From Trypethelium eluteriae (taxonomy: Eukaryota), in contig JAVECL010000079.1 in the NCBI GenBank assembly GCA_051942245.1, forward strand, positions 1 through 59,380: a DNA stretch of 59,380 bases, in the 5' to 3' direction. The notes below the pieces were generated by a model that had not been told where the DNA came from, searched no databases, and saw only the letters and a program-made list of their open reading frames with translations. Positions 36,582 through 47,300 of the stretch are shown here, one piece after another (the stretch's first letter is position 1; every line of letters begins with the position of its first letter). Position numbers and translations under genes: made by a program.

Positions 36582-39500
36582 CTATCCAGTCCCATTTCCC
36601 TGGGGTGATCCCTCAAAGCCCGGCATTCCCATATTGTTCCCATACCCAGTCATATCCGCCCAGTCCCATTCGAGCGTCATCGGCATCTGCCAGAGATCCT
36701 GCGGCACAAACGGCTGCTGGAAGCTTTCCCCAAGTCCCAGATCATTCAACATCTGCGGCGACGAGCCATTCAGCCCGCCCAAATCCGGCGGCATCAAGCC
36801 CGAGCTCGTGGCCGGCGGGCTCTGAAACTCCGGAAACGCGGGGGGATGATCCATCTGGGCGGCGCCGTTGGGCGGCGAAAACGTAAACGGATGCTGCGAC
36901 GACGCGCCTGCCCCACCAGCAGGAGCAGCATCATCCTGGCGTCCGAAGCCCGGGGTGAACGGCACCGAGCCGGGCGTCGACACCTGACTCGGGGTATGGC
37001 GATGCTGGGGCCGCGGGGTGTGGCCGCTGTGAGCCTGCTGGCTGCCCTCGCGGATACGCTCAGCGCTGCCCTGGACGAACTGCTCGACGTCGCGCTCGCG
37101 CTCCTGCTGCTCGCGGAACTCCTCGCGTTCGCGTTCGCGCATGCGCTGCACCTCGCGGCTGCGCTTGCGGCGCGCCCCGTGCTCGCGGTCGCCGCGGTCG
37201 AGCACGACTTTGGCGATGCGCTCGAACTCCGAGCAGACGGAGAGCATGCGCCGCACTGATGCGTTCTCGTGCTGTGCGTCTTCTGTGCAGAGCATGCTGA
37301 GGAAGGAGACGACGAGGTTCATGAGGCGTAGGTCGGAGCGGGCGCGCGGTTCTTGTGGGTTTTGGAGGATGTTGGCGAAGAGGGTGACGAGTGCGGAGAC
37401 GGGGTAGTAGAGGATTAGCCTGGAGAGGGTGATGGTTAGTATGGAGGGAGAAGATTAGGGACGAGTTGGATGAGGAGAAGGTGACGTACCAGACACAGTC
37501 GTAGTCGCCTTGAGGAATGTACTTGATGAGGTGGATAGATGCGCGTGCGGCGGAAACGCACAGGGCGGCAGAGGAGAAGACACGAGGATTCAGAGGGCGG
37601 GCATTGAGGCCTTTGATGGCATAGTTGGACAGTCGGCTTGTCCAGTAGCCGTGATGGACGGACATGCGGTGGATAGTGGTGAGACAGTTGTAGTAGGCGA
37701 AATGGAGAACGACAACGTGGAGAATGAGCGGGGTGTGTGATGCTTTGATTTCGTGCTCGGGGCGGAAGTCGAGGGGGATGCCGTCTTTCCATTCCTCAAG
37801 CTCACGATCAAGCTCACCGATAGTGTTGAGGAGTTCGCCATCAGATTGCTTAGATGCTTTGACGGAGTAGAGTTGCTTATACACTTTGCTTTCGATGACA
37901 GCAAACGTGCACATCAGTCGGAAGAGGTTGACCTTGCCTTTGCCGTCAGCCAATGGAATGTTCCCGATGTTGTCATCTGGGTCTTCGGAAGGTAGATCCA
38001 CGTTCATGTCATCGTCGTCTTGGATGGGTGGTCGCCCGGATCGTAGGCAGATACTGATATCATATCTTAGTGGAGCACTCAAAGACAATCTGGAAGTGAC
38101 TTACTCTCTATCTAGCATGTACGCAATCCAGAATACTCGCTTGCGCTGCTCAATCTCTACAGGATTGAGATTGAAGCCAGATCCTCGCTTGTGCAGACCG
38201 ATGCTATGTGAAAGTCGAATAGCAGCTGCGACGAGGAAAAATGAAGGTTGAGGGTTAGGCGTTCCTTGCAAGAATAGAGCCTAGAGATGCGTTTTAGCTC
38301 GAGCACATCGATCTGTAGGCTTAGTCTTACCATGCCGAGGAGCGCTTGAACACTTAACAAATCTGTATTCCGGATTGTAAGCTCCGTTTGTACTGCCAAT
38401 GCATTCTTCAAGTACCCCCACGCTTTCTGGTCTTCTTGTTGCGGAACCAAATTGCTCATGACGCGGAGGCGATGTGCAATGGCTAACGCAACATTCAGGC
38501 TTGCCCACCAGCCGGAACCTTCATACGGATCGCGAGAATAATGTTTCTCAACTAAATGCATAAAAGTCGGCTCGTGGAACAAGGGAAACATGCAATTGAA
38601 GTTTTCAAAATAGTCCTTTAGGAGCGATAGAGCTTCATTTTTCGAGGGCAACGGCTGGAATATACGGCGGTTGAAGATATCCTTGAAAATTTCTGGTTTC
38701 CAATGGATCCATTTATTGTCATCAACAGCGGCCGAGGATATCATGTCTTGGAATGATGAGTCTCCTGTCTTTTCATTGACCCATTGGATCCCTTTTGGGG
38801 AGAAGATGGAAAAGCCGGAAGACGAGCCTTTGCAAAGGAGTAAGCACTCAAATCACTCAATAGGAAAGCTGGATGTCTCCTACCAATGTACCGGGTCTCG
38901 CCACAATTGTTTGTGACCAAAGAGCACATCATATCAGAAAGGGCCTCGACCTCCTCTTCACTCTTATTTTCCTTGCCCATATCTGGCGAGGTCGTGATAC
39001 TGGCGGGACTTGCAAGAGCAGGCTGTTGTGGTGTCGTGTGCTCAGATTGAGAAGGTGGCTGTGATGGTGGCTCCGGGCGCGATGTCGAATTTGACCGCTC
39101 GGAGTCTGAATTTCTATTGGGAGTGCCAGCTTTGCTAGCCGTCTTATCCTGAAGTCGCCTCTCCAGTGTGCCCAGATCTGTACCACTGCCATCCTCTTCG
39201 GACAGTAGCCCCGACAATCTGAGGAGCGACTCCATGCGACCGAGACGGTTTTCGAGCCCTTCGATGTACTTGGCCCTACAGTGACGTTAGTGGTGACCTT
39301 GATCAAGCCTTGAAGTTGTACCGACCCCTTAGGAGGATTCCGCTTTTTCTCAACATGTGTAAAGACGCATTCCGTCTTGTAGTTCTGACAGTGTCCACAT
39401 GGCTGTTTCCCGTCGCACTTAATTTTCTTCTTGCGGCACATATCGCAAGCCTGGATGCTTTTGTCAGCAGTTTCCCACGCACTCTGTACAACCGGATGCC

Positions 39501-39719
39501 TACTCTTGCAATCCGCCGTCTCTTTGCATCACCTTGGCCTCCGATATCGTCTCCATTTCCGAATAATTGCTCATCCGAGAACATACCGGCCTGCAACGAT
39601 GCACTAAGGGGAGAACCCTCGGCGTTAAACCCTCCGAATATTTGTGGCGGAGGATTCATGATTGGAGGCGCGGTGTTATAATTGATGCCGTTAGATTGAT
39701 CGATTGACAATGAATCCAT
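36582..39719 (-). CDS. atrR: Zn2Cys6 plus fungal-specific TF domain regulator, AtrR-like; join(39719..39504,39450..39326,39275..38884,38827..38331,38280..38105,38053..37490,37419..36582)
   Basis: Spliced product [74 protein letters not shown], as I recall it from Aspergillus AtrR. Six phase-consistent introns. Confidence 0.85.
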
Positions 39720-40466
39720 CGTGAGGTGGGAATAGTTGTCGGGGAAGAGTCGAGGGGTAATACGAGGCCGATTGACTCAGTCTGGGAGCTACCAGGACGG
39801 GCGAAGCTGCTGACGAATCGATGTTGCCTGCAGGTACGGAGAAGCTCGATCAGGCTAGCGAGCAGGCATGGTTGAGGAGATATGTAGAGTTCGCGATTGC
39901 GAGGGAGTTCGAGGAGTCGTGGATGGCACCGACGATGTTTGAAGAGAGCGAGTTCATGGGGTAGATATGTCAATCTGGGAGTGCATCATGATTGCTTTAG
40001 AGTGATTTAGAGTTGCCTCAGCGGGACCGACCTGCGGCGTTAACGTCGGCCAATGGCGAGGTACACAGTCCGGCATGGCCACCAATCGCCTGCATTCCTT
40101 CGAGATTCAGTGGCAGTGCTAACGAGACTCTGCGTCTGGTGGAGCAGGCCGTTTCATCTCTGCGCGACGAACCCAACTGAGTCAGCTGGCTGGCCGTGCT
40201 GGCTGGCGAAGCAGCCCACCCCACCAAGCTTCTCCCAGGCATCGTGAATAGTGATACCCTCACCAGCATTCTCGGATGGACGAGATCCGCAGCTCAGCAC
40301 CCTTCTCTTGGCCCCAAACCCCCAGACGCCTCTCAATCGCCTAGTGCCACCCATTTAAGCTTAATAGAAGGTTGAGATTCCTTTCCAGTCCCCTGGATCC
40401 CCCCCGGATCGTTGCGAACCGTACTTTTGGACTATTGCGACTATTGCGACTACTGGTAAACGAATT

Positions 40467-41934
40467 ATGTACGCTCCCAATTTGTCATCGATTGCATCAT
40501 CTTTCATCGCACTGAACTCTCGAACCTCAGGCCCCAACCCCTGACCGCAGCTGAAATTATAGAACATCCAGAATACAAGCACGTCAACTGGGATCTCAAG
40601 CCGACTAAGAAGGGCAAGCTTGCCGTAGCGAATGGCCGAGGCGGGCCGTTCAATGTTGCGTATGAGATACATGGTCATGGGTCCAGACGTCTAGTAGTAA
40701 GCAAGAAAAAGTTCCATTATTTAACCTGCTGTGAGAAATGTATCATGACTACACACCCTTCTTTCGTGTCAAAGAATGCAGCCATGTGTTGGTATAATTT
40801 GTTTTTCTTCAAGCATTGAGTTTGTTTTCTGGGAGCGGGGCGGAGCAGATCGGAGAAGTCTTTCTCCGTTTCAAGCAACGCTTAATTGCTCGCTCTAAGG
40901 TACAACATGCATGCATGTCTCTTTGTACAGCCTCATGACCATTCCTTTTCCTAAGCATTCTCTCGAAACATTGTGCCGGAAAACAAAATGCCCGCGACTC
41001 TAATAGCAACATCGGCTATCAAAAAATACTCGATCCAAGAGCACTGAAGTTCGCGGCAAACAGTAAATACTAATCGCTATTATGACGATAGTGGATAATG
41101 GGCCTGGGGGGTCTGATCACTACCTGGCAACGCCAAACCAAAGACTTCGCCCATGCCCCTCCCTCTCAGCATACTTGTCTCCTTCTCGAAAACCGCGGCA
41201 TAGGCCAATCCGACAAGCCACTCTTACGCTACACGACCTCTGAAATGGCCAAAGACCTCCTCGAGCTGCTCGACCACCTTAGCTGGACCGACGAGCGTTC
41301 CCTCCACGTCATCGGCATCAGCATGGGTGGCATGATCGCCCAAGAGCTTGCCTGCCTCATCCCCTCTCGCCTCGCCTCCCTGCAGCTCATCTCCACCGCC
41401 GCTCGCCTCGTCAACACAATCGGTTACTGGGAGAACCTGCGCAACCGCATCAACCTCTTCATCCCACGCTCGCTGGACGCACAGATCGCGTCGGCGAAGA
41501 GGAACCTGTATCCGGAGACCTGGCTCAACCGACCGGACGAGGAGCCTGAACCCGTGGTGCAACCCTTTCCGACAAATGGAGATCGGTTCGCAGCGGGCGA
41601 GATTCGAAAGCGTACTAGCCCGGGGGTGATGACGCGGACGGGATTCATAGCACAGGCGATTGCGGCCGGTTGGCATCACAAGTCACCTGCTCAACTGAGG
41701 AAGATAGGGGATGAGGTCGGGAGGGAGAGGATCATGGTGCTGCATGGGACGGAAGATCGTATGATTACCTTTCCCCATGGAGAGGTGCTGTTAAGAGATT
41801 TGGGAGGTGAGGGACAGGGGGTAACGAAAGCATTTTACCAGGGTAAGGGGCATCATTTGCCGGCAGAAGAAAGGTGGGAATTCGATCGAAGGGTACAAGA
41901 AATGGTAGAAAAGACGGAGAAACTTGGATCGTAG
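40467..41934 (+). CDS. Alpha/beta hydrolase; join(40467..40468,40531..40696,41092..41934)
   Basis: Spliced product MPQPLTAAEIIEHPEYKHVNWDLKP...YEIHGHGSRRLV|WIMGLGG. Nucleophile motif GISMGG, HGTEDRMI and KGHHL. The start codon is split AT|G by intron 40469..40530. Confidence 0.85.
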
Positions 41935-42210
41935 ACCTTCGAGATGTCTTGAGGTGAATGCCCGTCATGCGCCGTCGAGGTATAGCCGAACCCGTACTGC
42001 CAAAGCTAGACGGCAGTCGGAAAAGTTTTCAAATATACAACAGAATCTTCGACAGGCTATTGTAGAAGTTTTGGGACAGAGTACAAGCAATCCCGCATAG
42101 AGTAGAGTTTCCCAGTATCCTTGTTTTGAATGCCAAAAAACCGGCCATCTTTTAAACACCGCGCTATGCCAGTCCCAAATCAGTGTATATGCACTGCTCT
42201 TGACAAGCCA

Positions 42211-42684
42211 CTATTTCTCCAGGAACTCCTTTGCCTCGTTCACTTTACTCGCCAAGTATGGACTGCCGCCTCGATCGGGATGATTCAAGAGCATCAGCTG
42301 CCTGTGCTTCTTTCGCAACAATTCTTTCGAAATCCCTCGTTCACTATACATATAGCAAGTCAGCTCCAGTGCCACCCGTCATCCGACATCTCCAAATTCT
42401 AGACTCTTTTCCAACAATTTCTTGTGTACTGGAGAGAGGGGAAATGGCTTACGGCACTTCTAATATCATTGCCGCCTCTCTTCGATTCATCTTTGACTCA
42501 AATCCACCTTTGTAATATGCCCTACCCAGGGCGCCTGCAGCACCACGTGAGCGGCGGAGGGCGACAAGACCGGCACGCCCCTGTGAAATCATGGTTAGTG
42601 GAGAGTTTTCCAAACGCAGGGCGAGGGACGCACAAAGAATGCCGCTGCAGCCACTCCAACACCTATAAGGATCGCAGAGGACAT
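42211..42684 (-). CDS. PAM18: Mitochondrial import motor J-protein Pam18/Tim14; join(42684..42634,42580..42453,42343..42211)
   Basis: Spliced product [25 protein letters not shown]...[65 protein letters not shown]. Confidence 0.93.
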
Positions 42685-42906
42685 CAGAGCAGTTATCCTT
42701 TATGTGGGACGGGCGAGGTTTTGGATGAAGTCGGATGACGGAGACCGCTGGCAACCGCTGGCGAGGGGAGGCAAAAGTTCAAATTCGTAGATCAGAGCCG
42801 AGGTTTGCCCGAGTAATATCCCGATTCAGAGCACACCCTTTGGCTGGCTGATTATTTCTACTCTTCCATCATATGAGCTGAGATTCAAATGCCGGTGGAG
42901 GGGGAC

Positions 42907-42913
42907 AAAAAAA
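42907..42913 (-). terminator. Pol III terminator (T7) downstream of the tRNA-Leu
   Basis: Seven T on the minus strand, 8 nt after the discriminator base. Confidence 0.75.
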
Positions 42914-42965
42914 TATTTCGCTGCTACGAGCAAGGTTCGAACTTGCGCGGATCTCTCCAGCAGAG

Positions 42966-42981
42966 ATATAGTCGAAAAATA
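42966..42981 (-). other. Canonical tRNA intron (position 37/38), 16 nt
   Basis: TATTTTTCGACTATAT lies one base 3' of the anticodon; removing it restores a 7-nt loop. Confidence 0.85.
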
Positions 42982-43001
42982 CTTAAATCTGCCGCCTTAA
43001 C

Positions 43002-43054
43002 CTATCAATCTATTAGTCTAATATATCAAATGAACATGCAAGAGGTCATCTCAC
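43002..43054 (-). other. Spliceosomal-type intron (53 nt) in the tRNA D-loop
   Basis: GTGAGATGACCTCTTGCATGTTCATTTGATATATTAGACTAATAGATTGATAG: donor GTGAGA, branch GACTAAT (A at 43013), acceptor TAG. Confidence 0.8.
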
Positions 43055-44360
43055 CACTCGGCCATCGTAGCAAACCTGGAAGGATTGGATTTTACCAATT
43101 ACATTAATATCGAGTTACATAATCATCTCTGATCTCTCTTTTCATCTGAGGACTGCTTGTCTCATTTAACAGAACACCGTTCGAGCATAGCAGTCTTTAG
43201 ACATACATTCCTTGCGGTCTTTCAATGAGGATGACAACGTGTCATGGTTTGACCACCTGCAGGCGCGCAGGTTTCGGTTGGTACTCGGCGGCTGCGCTGC
43301 ACTATCTAATCTACGGCCGAGCCTCGGCAGACGTCGGAGATAGGTTCATCTCGGCTGAAGAGTATTAGACAGGTAGATAGTCAAGTAAGAACCTAGAGAG
43401 ATTCATGACTATAAGTGCACGTGGGTAGAGTTAATAATACTCATTTGCTGATATATAAAAATGATGGTAGTCCCTCTCCAAGTACCTAGAAATTTCTGGA
43501 TAGGTCGAGATAAATGTATCCGTAAGCTTAGGCCGATTCGCACTACTTTAGTGAACGGGTGTAATAACTTTCGTGTTCATGGTACTTTCAGCACTCTCTG
43601 GACACCACTATCCGTTGTATTAGTTGACGACTGCCAGAATCAACGCTCCTCCTATCACACACTCGCTAATAGACCAATCCTCACGACTACTATACTGAGG
43701 TGTGATTGCCTCGGATCTGTCCAATCTTCATTTTCCTATGGAGCTATTTGTAGAACTCCGTGGGGGCATGCGAGCCCATAATTGCGCAAGGAATCTTGAT
43801 GAGATATCGTGGCTAGCAACGGTCGTTTGAATGCAATCTACAGTCCAGTTACTGCTGGAACCACGACAAACTAGTTTATAGCTTGTAACGCTAGATTCTC
43901 TCATAAGAGTGTATCATTTTTCGATACACCTATCTTCTCCGCTCCATCAGTCGCAAACTGACCTGATATTTATTGTGCATCACCTCCTATGTTTTCTTAA
44001 ATCTCCTAGTGTCTCGGATATTGCCAATTTTGAAATATGAATGATAGGCTATAATGAAAATGCTGTAAGTGATAACATTCCGATTCAACTACTTCCATTT
44101 TGGATTGGAAGTGTAAGAAGATTCCTGATCGGAAGATGATGCTAGACAAGCCTATTAAGTTGAGACGCATTCCCTACACTTTTTCTAGGCAATTGAGATA
44201 ATGCGAAAGCATGATCGGCTTCCCTCGAGATGAATGAAATTACATTAGGATGTGTAAGGATCGTGCGCATAATCCGCTCTGATACGCCAGTCTTCCTGCC
44301 CAACCACCCCCAGGATATCATGCTCCGGAATACCTAACCGAGGATTTAGTATTATTAAAA

Positions 44361-46249
44361 CTACCACAACCACATGCCCAGCATGCTTCCTAGGAGCACA
44401 AGCAATGAGTTCACAAGAGTCACACGAGCAGCATCGAGATTTGCCGGCGCCGCGGCTCCCGTATATGGCAAAATCGTCGCAGTCGCGTTCCTGAGTCCTG
44501 TCGCGGTGGCGTTTGGCGAGCCGATGGTAAAATTCCCCGGAGCAAAAACCGACACCGCGACAGCAACGCTCGATGGAGTGAACGCAAATGTTGCCGTGGA
44601 ACCGTTGTATAGCAGACTCGGCGAGACAGAGAGCAGGGGTGCAGCTGAGGTAACAACGGAGGCCGCCGTGAGGGCAGCAGCACTAGCGGGCAGAGTAATA
44701 GAAGAGGAAATGGTAGTTGAGGCACTGATGGGTATTGTGCTTGATCCTCCAGGAGCTGGTACGACGGACAGTGCACTCTCTGTCGACGTTGAGCTGAGCA
44801 CCACAACCGAAGATGACGGCGAAGTGACCGGCGGGCCTGGTCTTGAAATGGTACTGAATACCACGGGAATTGGACCACCAACAAGTAGCGTCTGACTGCT
44901 CGTCTGTGTTGAAATTATAGAAGAAATCGAGCTTGATGTCGACGAAGGTGTAGATGCAGCTGACGTAGTTCCAGATACAGAAGTGCTTGAGCTGATACTT
45001 GAGGGCGACGTTGGAGTGGTAAGAGCCAGTGAGGAATTCCCAGGACCCACTGCTGTTGTAACTTCGCTCTCGCGTGGGACTACTGCGGTAGATAAGGTTG
45101 AGTCGACAGCAGTAGTTGTCGCCGTGAAAACGATTGCTGTGCCCGAATTGGTCGCGCCCTGCTGCGGCACCTGACGATTGTGCAGAGGAACAGCCCGCGG
45201 ACGAAGGAGATTACAATTTGGCGCGATTGGGCAAACATTGTCCGACAGAGCTGCTACCTGCGGGAAGAATTGTGCCAAGTAAGTTTGTCCCTCCCCAATC
45301 CTGACATTGGGCTGGTAAACAGGTGTCCAAAAGTTGCCATAAGGATCTTCGTCCAAACCAAGATAACCATTGTCAGATACAACAGGCTGCACTGACGTGA
45401 CAGTAGCCGCATTCGGTAACGTCTCCACATCGAAGCCATTATGTACCAAACAAGTAGGAGTGCCCTGGACGGATGTTGGCACCGTACCGGACCATGATAT
45501 CGTATCTGGGAAGATTGACACTACTGTCCCAAAGGTTCTAGTGTCGGTCAGTTATGTGAACCCAAGCGCATTTTCACAGATGGGGAGAGAATACTAACGC
45601 TGTTACGGTCGTCACACTACCGCCATTCGTCTGCACATAGGTGGCGGTCTTCGAGGTTTGCTGAGGGCCATTTGGAGCGGTCATAACGGTATAACCACCG
45701 ACATAGGTAGCTTCCACTCCATTAGCTGTAGTCGTGGTGAAGTCTGCTACATCGGTATTGTATTGGATGACCGTCCGCGTGGCATCAAGTTCCTTGTTAT
45801 AAATCTCGATCACAGTAGCTGCTGTGATTCTGGTCGCAAAAGATACTTGACTCCAAGAGATTTGTTGTTGCGTCAATTGCTGACATGGCTGCAGGCAATT
45901 AGCTTGGCACGCCGGTGCCCGAATTGGATGTTTTGCTCCTATTCCCGAGGCTAGGACCTGAGCTAAAGAATCATGTCAGCAAGACGTGCCTGACTGGGAC
46001 AAATTATTTTCAAGTAACCCCAAATCAATCTTGAAATATAGAAGAGTATTATTATGTGAGCTAGAATAGAAGAATTGCGGCCTTCACCGGTGTTTGCCGG
46101 CGAAATGGAGAATTTATTATGTGTTACACTGCAGCGCGTGGACCGAGAAAGCAGGGTAGAGTAAAGGTACCTCAAGTAAACTTACTTTGCTGCGCGACAA
46201 AGCCACCGACAGCAGTGGCGAAGGCGCATAGAAGTGTCGATGTCCGCAT
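44361..46249 (-). CDS. Secreted Ser/Thr-rich, probably GPI-anchored cell-wall protein (534 aa); join(46249..46186,45962..45599,45537..44361)
   Basis: Signal peptide MRTSTLLCAFATAVGGFVAQQ and two phase-consistent introns (exon total 1605 nt). S/T-rich stalk and a C-terminal ...YTGAAA...LVNSLLVLLGSMLGMWLW GPI-type signal. Confidence 0.75.
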
Positions 46250-47300
46250 TTTCACAGCAGTCTAGGAGGCCAGAGTCAGCTCGAGGGAATGAGTGGAATG
46301 GCGTTGCACTTCGTCAATGTGCGACGTCCACTGGGACAGGAGCAACAAGGCAGCAGGACTGAGGTCCGACATGGTGGTTCCTACGGACGCAAGCTTTCTT
46401 ATACCTCCCAGAGATTCGATAGTCAAGCCTGTCGGTGCACATTGCACGTCAATACGCTTCTTGGAAAGAAGCCCGTGGGAACTGATAGCAGCCTCATGGA
46501 GAGACCGGCAGCCTGGCTACGTCAGGGTTCTCGTCGGGGACTGGAAGCCTGCGGATCGTTCCCAATTGGCACAGGTACAAGTGCTACGAATGATTGCTGA
46601 CCTTCCTTCTCTTTGTTCGCTGAGGTCACTATACCCCAAAGGCTTCTGTCGATCGGAATCGGGGCAAGCCGTGGAGGGTTTGATCAAGGGCGCAGGATTC
46701 GTAGCCAGTATGATGAGATTTTAGTAGCGATTGGTGGTCGTCCTGGAGGTGACATTGGTTGGGAGCGGCGGGGAGGTCTGATGGGGGGATGGTGTAGCTG
46801 TGCCTCGGTGACGAGGTGGCCCAATGGGAGAGGGATGGCGCAGTCAGCGGCACCGAGTAGCTGCAGAGTAGTAGCAGCCGCTGAGGGCCACCGGCAGAAT
46901 GCCAATACTACATTCCATCCTCACCCTCAGCGACCCCCAACCACAAGCCATCCCATCCCACTGGTGCATCCTGATCCGGCGGTCCTCTGCATGGCCACTC
47001 TAGACTCTTCCACGATGCCGGCCTGCAGTCAGCAAGCGGGGTTCGGTCGGCCACGAGGGTGCACGCTGTGGCCTGATCGTCGATAGCACGAGTTCTGTCG
47101 TGCATCAAGAGCTGCTGCCAGCTATCGGGCGAATCTACTCAGCCTTAGCTACAAGAGCTGGAGCTAAGAAGTATTATGTTCCTGAGCCGTATCGTAAGAG
47201 CCTGCCCATCCATTTCAGCTGAGCGCCATGTCGATCAAATATTTCCTTCACTCAATGAACGACTGAAGATCCATTTTCTGTTCACGGCCGTGCTGCCAAG

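Larger units (their letters stand above)
42922..43071 (-). tRNA. tRNA-Leu(UAA) with two introns; exons 43071..43055, 43001..42982, 42965..42922 (81 nt mature body)
   Basis: Acceptor stem GCTACGA/TCGTAGC plus discriminator A. D-arm GCCGAGTG|GTTAAGGC. Anticodon stem GCAGA/TCTGC with loop TT-TAA-G|C. Long variable arm TGGA-GAGA-TCCG. T-arm GCAAG-TTCGAAC-CTTGC. Confidence 0.92.

Noticed and set aside
43002..43054. D-loop insert as an archaeal/red-algal BHB-type tRNA intron or a transposon footprint
   Set aside because: I see no bulge-helix-bulge pairing across the junctions and no TIRs, whereas donor, branch and acceptor signals fall exactly at the required boundaries.
42889..43107. 72-aa plus-strand ORF
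   Set aside because: It is the antisense of the tRNA-Leu gene and has no protein features.
43100..44350. AT/TpA-rich stretch as a RIP-degraded transposon
   Set aside because: No recognisable transposase or RT remnant and no terminal repeats; composition alone is insufficient.
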